Positions 57,315 to 64,000 of a stretch of 64,000 nucleotides of DNA are shown here, one piece after another. The notes beneath the pieces were generated by a model. That model searched no databases. It was not told where the DNA came from and saw only the letters and a program-made list of their open reading frames with translations. The stretch is from the NCBI GenBank assembly GCA_012522445.1, contig JAAYKL010000109.1, positions 9,175 through 73,174 of the forward strand, written 5' to 3'. Source of the stretch: Myxococcales bacterium. Lineage in GTDB: Bacteria > Myxococcota_A > Polyangia > JAAYKL01. A program made the position numbers and the translations under genes. The first letter of the stretch is position 1. Each line of letters begins with the position of its first letter.

Positions 57315-58969
57315 TGTCGTTCTCCGTGGTGCCGAGATTCGAGATGAGCGGTCGCCTCGGAATAAGCGATGACCAGCAGTTGATCTTCGCGGCGCAGTGG
57401 ACGTGGTACCGCGTCGGTGTCGGTGCCGTTGGCGTCAGTGCCCAAGTGGATGAAGGGCTGCAACGCGCCGTCCACTTCGTTGGTGTGCACCACACCGATG
57501 AGGGTGATGTCGTTGGCGTCGCAGTGCAAAAAGGCGAGCTGCGCCTCTTGAAAGGATTTTCCCACGAGATCTTGGGGGACGTCGATGAGGTAAATTTCGT
57601 TGGTTTCGTCGGTGATTTGGGTCAGGTGGTGATAGATGTCGGAGGCTTGCGGGTTGAGCACAAATTGTCCGATCAACTGCTCGGCGATGTGCGTGCCACA
57701 AATGAAGTTGGTGCGGGAGAGCACGTGCTTGGCGACGTGCCCGGGCATTTGGTTCATCTGCACCGATGTGTAAAACGGGGGTTCTTGGCTTCCGTCGACG
57801 GTGGCGTCAAAGCCCCCGGCGAGCTGGGCGGTGACGGCAATCATCAGAGAGCGGCTGTCCTGTTGCTCGGGCTCTTCAATGGTGGGGTCCGACAGCACAA
57901 TGGCGCGATGGGCGCGTGAAATGCCAGCGCGTTCTAAGACCAGCGGATCGGATGGGTGGCCTTCAAGGGCGAATACCAATGCGTACACTTTGGGATCGGT
58001 AATGTTGAGATTGGGGGCGTTGGGATCGACCACCACGATGTAGCGGCGCCCGGCAAACGCGGTCCACACCTGCCGGATGATATTGTCGAGGTGTTCGTTG
58101 GCACCGAGGATTAAGATGTGATCTTTGAAGACGCGCGTGGAAGGCGGCAACATGCGGATGCGGCCAACGCGTTCGAAGCGCACCAGGACTGTCGAGACGA
58201 TTTGGGCGGTCAATTGGCCGATGAGGATCATGCCGATGAGCAAAATCACAACGGCTTCGATGCGCCCGACGATGCTCAGGGGCTCTTTGTCTTCGATGCC
58301 GGAGATCAGCATGATCAGCGTAGACCAGTAGGCGTTGCCGAGATCGCCGAAGTGATCAAAGACCGGGGCATCTTGGCAAACCGCTGAGTTGGCGCACTCG
58401 GTCCAGTAGAGCAGCCACGCGCCGGCGAAGCTCACCACGCCAAAGGCCACAAACAAACCAAGGAGTTGGGGGATGCGAAAGGTGTACAGCAAGGACGCCC
58501 AGTAAATGCGCACGCGCACCCACGCGAGGTGCATGATTTCCTTGTAGCGAAACAGCCGGAGGATGCGGAAAAAACGAAAGATGCTGAGGATGCGCTGCAG
58601 GCGGATGAGGCGCAACCCGTCCCAGGCTTCTAACTGCAGGAAGGGCATGGCGATGAGGGTGAGCGAGGAGATGACCACCACGAGATCGAGGATGGATATC
58701 CACTCCGTTACAAAGGCACGCCGGTTGCGAGCGGCATACAGCCGGGCGAGGTATTCGAGCAAAAACACCAGGGCAACCGCGATGTCGATGCATTGAAAGA
58801 CGGTGGCGTCTGCGGCGATGTCCAGGCGGAACTCCAGCAGGATGGCCAGCGATGAGGCGACGATGAGGCCGATGAGCCCAAAGTTGAGCCAATAGCCCGC
58901 CGAGTTGCGCGTCTGCACATTGATGGGGAGCAGCAGTCGGTATAGTTTTTCGCGCAGTGTGTTGTGCAT
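57311..58969 (-). CDS. Voltage-gated-type ion channel (6TM) with C-terminal RCK domain
   Basis: FLLEYLARLY, ILDLVV, Arg-rich S4 (LRLIRLQRILSIFRFFRILRLFR), pore helix AYWST, RCK DHILILG. Confidence 0.88.
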   Translation of the reverse strand: MHNTLREKLYRLLLPINVQTRNSAGYWLNFGLIGLIVASSLAILLEFRLDIAADATVFQCIDIAVALVFLLEYLARLYAARNRRAFVTEWISILDLVVVISSLTLIAMPFLQLEAWDGLRLIRLQRILSIFRFFRILRLFRYKEIMHLAWVRVRIYWASLLYTFRIPQLLGLFVAFGVVSFAGAWLLYWTECANSAVCQDAPVFDHFGDLGNAYWSTLIMLISGIEDKEPLSIVGRIEAVVILLIGMILIGQLTAQIVSTVLVRFERVGRIRMLPPSTRVFKDHILILGANEHLDNIIRQVWTAFAGRRYIVVVDPNAPNLNITDPKVYALVFALEGHPSDPLVLERAGISRAHRAIVLSDPTIEEPEQQDSRSLMIAVTAQLAGGFDATVDGSQEPPFYTSVQMNQMPGHVAKHVLSRTNFICGTHIAEQLIGQFVLNPQASDIYHHLTQITDETNEIYLIDVPQDLVGKSFQEAQLAFLHCDANDITLIGVVHTNEVDGALQPFIHLGTDANGTDTDAVPRPLRREDQLLVIAYSEATAHLESRHHGERQ

Positions 58970-59099
58970 ACGGAACTCGTGCTTTTCATAGTACTGAAAA
59001 AAAAGCGCTCTGCAATGCGGGTTGCCCGGTATCTCAGATCACGCGGACCCTTCATGTTTCTTTTGACCGAGAATTGCAATTCACCGTATAGTGAAACGC

Positions 59100-60176
59100 A
59101 TGGCGATTGACGAACAAGAACGGTTGATTAAAGAACTCGAAGTTGCGTTGGATCGCCTGAACGCGCTGTACAATCAATACTTTATGGGCATTGAAAAGCT
59201 CGAGCCGTTGGTGCCTCGCAAAGATGTCGATCGCAAAATCAACGCCCTGCGAAAAATGCAGTTGCGAAATACGGCGCTTCGCTTTCGTTTTCAGGCACAG
59301 GTGCAAAAGTATTCGACACACGCGAGCCACTGGCAGCGGATTTGTCGCCAAATTGAAGAGGGCACATATAAGCGCGACATTATGCGAGCGAAGTCGCGGG
59401 TGCGCAGGGCCGAAGAAGCCGAGCGCGCCACGCAGGCGTTGCAACAGTTGGATGCGGATGACGAGCTGTCGGCGGCTGTCGATGAGAGCGCATCGCGCGA
59501 TGGCGCTTATGATTTGTCGGGGTTCATGGACGCGACACTGGATGATCCCTTTGCCGAACCATCGGCCTTGCCCAGCGCTGCCTCGTCGCCGCGAGATATG
59601 GTTTCTCCCGTGGGCGCCGGGGCTGTCGATCCATCCTCTCGGCCCCAGGGCGTCCCGGTTCCTGCCCGCTTTCAAGCGACAAAGCCCGTGGTTCCCGTTT
59701 CGTCCAAGGGCCGTCAACTGCCCGACATGGGCGAGGAGGATTTTGAGGCCTTATCGGGATTCTTTCAGGAATCGACAGCGCAAGCACCGGTATCGCCGCC
59801 TAGGCCATCCGCGCCACACAGCAGACGCCCTGCGCCGCCACCCCCACCGCCGCCCCCATTGCCGTCTGACATGCGCCCTGGCCGTCCTGTGCCACCTGCC
59901 CCACCCCGCCCGTCCGCCAGCTCGAAGGTTCGCCCCGCTGCGCCGCCGCCCAAATCCAGCAAGAGCGCATCGACGGGGTTGACCGACGATCGCATACAGT
60001 CGGTGTATCGCGCATACATGGCTGCGCGCACCAAAACCAACGAATCCACCACCAACATTACGGTGCAAAAAATTGCCCAAGTGCTGCGAAAACAGGCGGC
60101 CAACCGAGGCGGCGACGTCGATTTTCAGGTGGCCATTCGCGATGGCAAGGCCGTGATCAAAACCATCAAAAAATAA
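59100..60176 (+). CDS. MXAN_5187 C-terminal-domain-like protein
   Basis: N-terminal YNQYFMGIEKLEP..RFRFQ. C-terminal VYRAYMAAR..TNE..VDFQVAIRDGKAVIK. Confidence 0.7.
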   Translation: MAIDEQERLIKELEVALDRLNALYNQYFMGIEKLEPLVPRKDVDRKINALRKMQLRNTALRFRFQAQVQKYSTHASHWQRICRQIEEGTYKRDIMRAKSRVRRAEEAERATQALQQLDADDELSAAVDESASRDGAYDLSGFMDATLDDPFAEPSALPSAASSPRDMVSPVGAGAVDPSSRPQGVPVPARFQATKPVVPVSSKGRQLPDMGEEDFEALSGFFQESTAQAPVSPPRPSAPHSRRPAPPPPPPPPLPSDMRPGRPVPPAPPRPSASSKVRPAAPPPKSSKSASTGLTDDRIQSVYRAYMAARTKTNESTTNITVQKIAQVLRKQAANRGGDVDFQVAIRDGKAVIKTIKK

Positions 60177-60367
60177 AAAAACGGTTGTTTTGTAAGGGTG
60201 CGAAAATTGGGTGGCACCTAAAAAAACTGTTTGATTTCACATAGATATGGGCTCTCTACCGCTGGCAGGCCCCAGATTGAGAGACGGATTACGCGCTTAG
60301 CGAGATGATCTAGGTCATGTGAAGTGCTAACATGGCGAAATTAAAGGATATTTCCGGATTGAAAGCG

Positions 60368-60384
60368 TTGGCATGCGAATTGCT
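60368..60384 (+). promoter_or_regulatory. Sigma54 (-24/-12) promoter
   Basis: TTGGCATGCGAATTGCT matches YTGGCACG-N4-TTGCW with one mismatch. Confidence 0.7.
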
Positions 60385-60421
60385 CTAGCTAGGCGCAGTC
60401 TTTGTAGAAAGAGAGTTCCCC

Positions 60422-60607
60422 ATGAATTGGATCAACAACGTAATCGAAGATATACAGCACAAAATTCTGCTAAAGACCGGGAAAAATCCGGCCCAGGGCA
60501 TGATGACCCACGCGGCGCCCCCGGTGCCCTCTGACACCTCCGAGCAAGTGCGCAAATTCCAATGCCGTCTGTGCGACCTCGACAAGAGACTCCTCGAACT
60601 CCGCTAA
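60422..60607 (+). CDS. Small 61-aa protein with CxxC
   Basis: ORF 37 bp after the sigma54 motif. AAGAGAG purine-rich RBS-like tract. Confidence 0.5.
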   Translation: MNWINNVIEDIQHKILLKTGKNPAQGMMTHAAPPVPSDTSEQVRKFQCRLCDLDKRLLELR

Positions 60608-60752
60608 TTTATTTCATTTACAATTCATTGATGATCGCCGGGCAACGCCCTGGAAGGGTGCGTGGCGAGCGGCTCGTTTTGTGGGTAAGTGCGCCGAAGC
60701 GTTACCTTTTCACACAAAAGGTGCGCGGCGGGTTTGCGGGGCGGCTTGGGTA

Positions 60753-61754
60753 TTAGCCGACGCCTGCGTCGCAAAAAAAGCAAATGTGGGGATCGGACGT
60801 GAGGCTTTTGCCCTGCGGATCGGCAACTTCAAAGTCTTGGCTGTTGTCGTTGTCGTCTTTGCAACCTTCGCCGATGCGCTGTAAGGAGCGGGTGGCTGTG
60901 GGAGCGGGGGCCTTGGCCCAACCTTCGAAGCAGCGCGGTGACGAGCCGTATCCAACGAGGTCGCGAATGTCATTCCCGGTACAGCGTTCTTTGAGGGGTT
61001 CGCTGTGGTCGACCAAGGCCAAAATACCGCCATTGGCAGCGAGGTTGACCTCGGCGACGAGATCGGCTCCGGGCAGGGGCATGCCCGTGTCGCTAGAGGC
61101 CGCCAATTGAATTAAAAGATATTGTCCGCCCTCAAGCACATCTGACAGCGGGATCATTTTGCCAAAGTTGCCAGCAGCGGGCGCGTATTGCAGGCTCCAG
61201 CCCTCGAGATCGACGGCCAGATCGCTGCGATTGTGCAGCACGATGTAATCGTTTTGCCAGATAGCGCCAGCATTGCCGCCATGCGCGTAAATTTCGTGAA
61301 TGACCACCTGGGAGGACTGGCAGACATTGGGCGCCTCCGTGTCGGTGTCGTCCGTGTCGGTGTCGTCCGCATCGGTGTCGTCCGCGTCGGGGTCGCCGGT
61401 GTCGGTGTCGTCCGCGTCGGGGTCGCCAATATCGGTGTTTCCAGTGTCCTGGCTGCCGGTATCGCTGCTGTTGTCGTCGTTGCGTTGGGCATCGTCGGTA
61501 TTGTCTGGAGCCGCATCGTTGTCCTTTTTGGCGGGGTCTTCGTCGGTTTTTTCGGGCGGTTGTGGCGTTGTTTTGTCGTTTGGCTCCTTATTGCCGGTGT
61601 CATCAACAGGAGATGCATGGGCGTCGTCGCTGGTTTTGTTGTCATCGCAGGCACTGGTGGCTGCGAGAAACAGGGCGCAGAGCAATGGAAGCGACAGGCG
61701 CCGGGTTTGGGAAAACAAGCTGTTGTGTGGGTACGGATTGGTTTGTTCTGACAT
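60753..61754 (-). CDS. Lipoprotein with Asp-rich linker and lamin-tail (LTD) domain
   Basis: ATSAC lipobox. VVIHEIYAHGGN..DYIVLHNRS..VDLEGWSLQY. GGAGGA RBS. Confidence 0.85.
   Translation of the reverse strand: MSEQTNPYPHNSLFSQTRRLSLPLLCALFLAATSACDDNKTSDDAHASPVDDTGNKEPNDKTTPQPPEKTDEDPAKKDNDAAPDNTDDAQRNDDNSSDTGSQDTGNTDIGDPDADDTDTGDPDADDTDADDTDTDDTDTEAPNVCQSSQVVIHEIYAHGGNAGAIWQNDYIVLHNRSDLAVDLEGWSLQYAPAAGNFGKMIPLSDVLEGGQYLLIQLAASSDTGMPLPGADLVAEVNLAANGGILALVDHSEPLKERCTGNDIRDLVGYGSSPRCFEGWAKAPAPTATRSLQRIGEGCKDDNDNSQDFEVADPQGKSLTSDPHICFFCDAGVG
61338..61437 (-). repeat. Coding Asp/Thr repeat (DTD(T/A)DD, GDPDADD)
   Basis: Repeated gtcggtgtcgtccg units. Confidence 0.75.
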
Positions 61755-61889
61755 GGTATCCTCCTTCAAAATGGTCCAAAGGCCAGACACCAGGTACATC
61801 GGCCACTTTTGCGAAAAGTTTCCTATTTCGCGAAAAAAAGATGAAATATTTGCGAAATAGTCCGATTTAACCGCACGAATGTTCAGTGG

Positions 61890-62945
61890 TTATCCCAGAA
61901 ACCAGATCAAAAAGAGCACGAGCATCACAATAATGGCGGTGCCCACCAAGATGAGGCCGATGTCGGATTCCTCCTTGGGGGCAGCGTCGTTGTCGTGTTG
62001 TGGCGCCTGGCTGTCGCGCGTTCCCGGCACATCGAGGCTGGGCTCGGTGACGCCAGTTGGCAGCGTGGCGACGGGTGAGGGCGCTGCAGGCGGTGGGGCG
62101 ACATGGTCGTCGTCGGGTGTGGCGGGGGAGGCTGGCGCCGTCTCCGCATCGTTGGCGTCGGTGGCGTGGGGCGCTGGGGTGGGAATGTCGGGCACAAAGG
62201 GCACGGTGGCCTCGTGCGGCGCTAGTTGGATGTCTTGCAGGGCGGCGGCCACGGGGTCTTCGAGGCCAAAGGTGGTTTGTCCGACGGCGAACGTGAGGCC
62301 GGGCACCAACGCGAAGCTGTCGCAGCGCTCTCCGTTACACCAGGTGCCGTTGCGAGAGCCCAAGTCGCGTACCATGAGTTGGCCGTCGTCTTGCCATTGG
62401 ACTGCGGCGTGGGCGCTGGTCACTTCGGGATCGTCGAGGGGTATCGCGTTGTGGCGCGTGCGTCCCATGGTGGCGCTGTCGCCGGTTTGCACGAAGGTGA
62501 AGCGCGCCCCGCGTCCGGGACCCGAGAGCCCCAGAAGAGTGGGCGTTACGTGCGCGAGATGTCCCTGATGCGCAAGCCGCCGATGCAACAGGTCGTGCGC
62601 GCATTGCCCAATGGCTTGCTTGCCGATGGCGCTGGGATGCGTGCCGGATTCAAAGACAATGCGGTAGTGGGCGATGGTGATTTCATCGTTGGAGGCGAGC
62701 TTGGTGGGCCGGTGGGGGATGAGCTTGCGGCTGGCCACCAACGTGCCGTTTTGTGAGCTGAGGTCGACAAGCGTGTAATGATGGCCCTGTAGGCGAATCT
62801 CGGCATGCATGGGACAGACCGTGAGATCCGGGAGACAGAGATCGCAAATTTGGGCGCGTCCAATGGCGATTTGCCCCTGGATAAAACCGCACTGGTAGGA
62901 GAAGTCGGGATGTCGCGTATCGGTTATCGTGAGGCGAAAGGCCAT
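61890..62945 (-). CDS. Double FHA-domain protein with C-terminal TM anchor
   Basis: IGR..HAEI..DLSSQNGT and MGR..HAAV..DLGSRNGT. Terminal hydrophobic helix. Confidence 0.88.
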   Translation of the reverse strand: MAFRLTITDTRHPDFSYQCGFIQGQIAIGRAQICDLCLPDLTVCPMHAEIRLQGHHYTLVDLSSQNGTLVASRKLIPHRPTKLASNDEITIAHYRIVFESGTHPSAIGKQAIGQCAHDLLHRRLAHQGHLAHVTPTLLGLSGPGRGARFTFVQTGDSATMGRTRHNAIPLDDPEVTSAHAAVQWQDDGQLMVRDLGSRNGTWCNGERCDSFALVPGLTFAVGQTTFGLEDPVAAALQDIQLAPHEATVPFVPDIPTPAPHATDANDAETAPASPATPDDDHVAPPPAAPSPVATLPTGVTEPSLDVPGTRDSQAPQHDNDAAPKEESDIGLILVGTAIIVMLVLFLIWFLG

Positions 62946-62951
62946 GGCAGA

Positions 62952-64000
62952 TCAATTGGTGGCGGCCGGTGTCTTTTCGGGTTTTGGGACCGCCGCGTCT
63001 GTGGATTTTGGTGCCGTTATATTTGAGCCGCTGGGTTTGGCGGGGTCATTGCCCTGGCTGTCCGCACTGGGGCTGGATGCTTGGGTGTCGGTATCCGTTC
63101 CGTTGTCGATGGGCGGGGGCTGCGTCAAGTGGGCGTATTGGGGCGGCAAAAAGCGCGCATCTGATCCGTAGTTGACGTTGGGCTTGGGCATGTGGGCGTC
63201 GATGGGCGTTTTCTGGGCGCCGCGAATATTGCCGGTTTCGACCACCACCGGCACGGGATCGATGAGCTCGTATTTGTAGCCGCGCGAGTCGAGGCGGATG
63301 ACGAAGTCCTCTTCGTCGACGGTGATGGTGCGCGCAAAGCCCGAGGGTATTTCACCGACGCGCTTAAAGGGTTTGTGCGTGAGGATAAAGCTGAACAAGC
63401 GAATGGCGATGTGGTTGTACAAGCGATGACAGCCGTGGGAATAACGGCGCAAAATTGAGTTGTAATCCACCGAGCCGTGGCTGCGGATGCCATTGTCGAG
63501 GTATTTGATCTCGCCGCTTTTGAGCTGTGTGGGGCGGTAGTGAAAACCGGCCACCAAGCCATAGGCCGACGCGTACCACGGGCCAAACTCGTCGTAGTTG
63601 GGCACGCGCACGGTGCGCCCTTTGTAGGTGACTGTCTTGATCAACGAGGCGCTGGGTGACGTGTCCGGCGGTAGCCATACCGGTCCGGCGATGATGTCCT
63701 TCCAGATGCGGGGGCCGACATCGGAGTTCTTGTAGCGAAAGTATTCGTAGCCGTCTGGGGCGAGCTCGGAGCGCCAGGAGCCGATGGTCGTGTTGGTGGT
63801 GATGAGGGGAATGTCCTGGTCGTTCCATTTGACGTACAGCGTGTTGGTGGGCAGGACCTTGCGCGGCTGGCCCCGCTCCTTGCCGGAGTCGGTGTAGGGG
63901 TAGTCGTACCAGACATCACCGCGGTGGATGACGGAGTGCAGGGCCATGGTGTCGCTGTAATACGGTGGGCGCGGCGGCAGGGGGATGGCGACATACAGGG
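62952..64000 (-). CDS. L,D-transpeptidase (YkuD-like), 5'-truncated
   Basis: GPVWLPP, GIRSHGS..SHGCHRL catalytic motif. Frame open to the window edge. Confidence 0.8.
   Translation of the reverse strand, partial: LYVAIPLPPRPPYYSDTMALHSVIHRGDVWYDYPYTDSGKERGQPRKVLPTNTLYVKWNDQDIPLITTNTTIGSWRSELAPDGYEYFRYKNSDVGPRIWKDIIAGPVWLPPDTSPSASLIKTVTYKGRTVRVPNYDEFGPWYASAYGLVAGFHYRPTQLKSGEIKYLDNGIRSHGSVDYNSILRRYSHGCHRLYNHIAIRLFSFILTHKPFKRVGEIPSGFARTITVDEEDFVIRLDSRGYKYELIDPVPVVVETGNIRGAQKTPIDAHMPKPNVNYGSDARFLPPQYAHLTQPPPIDNGTDTDTQASSPSADSQGNDPAKPSGSNITAPKSTDAAVPKPEKTPAATN

Noticed and set aside
55900-58969. tRNA cluster (and tRNA-Phe at 20013) as integration sites of an island
   Set aside because: No integrase and no duplicated tRNA 3' end seen in the window.

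Overview
High-GC bacterial chromosomal window, most likely Myxococcota/deltaproteobacterial. This is inferred from gene content: J-domain/TPR/DUF4388-type proteins, a DnaK paralog, FHA proteins, a PEGA Ser/Thr kinase, an MXAN_5187-type protein and a TSP3-OmpA protein. The window appears to span the replication origin. A DnaA-box plus AT-rich unwinding element lies between uvrB and dnaN-recF, with no dnaA and no gyrB nearby. A second cluster of DnaA boxes interleaved with two parS sites lies about 9 kb away, between queC and a dnaJ-class gene. Housekeeping genes are patB, clpB, ssb, a phosphohexomutase, queCE, uppS, cdsA, uvrB, dnaN, recF, ilvD, murB and four tRNAs. The most unusual items are: (1) a lipoprotein with FAM20C/Four-jointed-type kinase motifs directly behind recF, followed by a sensor-less, probably catalytically dead histidine kinase; (2) a tightly coupled J-protein/Hsp70/wHTH/MrfA/MrfB operon; (3) a ~1590-aa pseudo-methyltransferase coiled coil with a His/Cys tandem repeat; (4) a voltage-gated channel with a non-canonical filter and a separately encoded second RCK domain; (5) a sigma54-type promoter in front of a 61-aa ORF. 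No CRISPR array, rRNA, transposase or integrase was seen. All family calls are motif recognition by eye, and no database searches were run.
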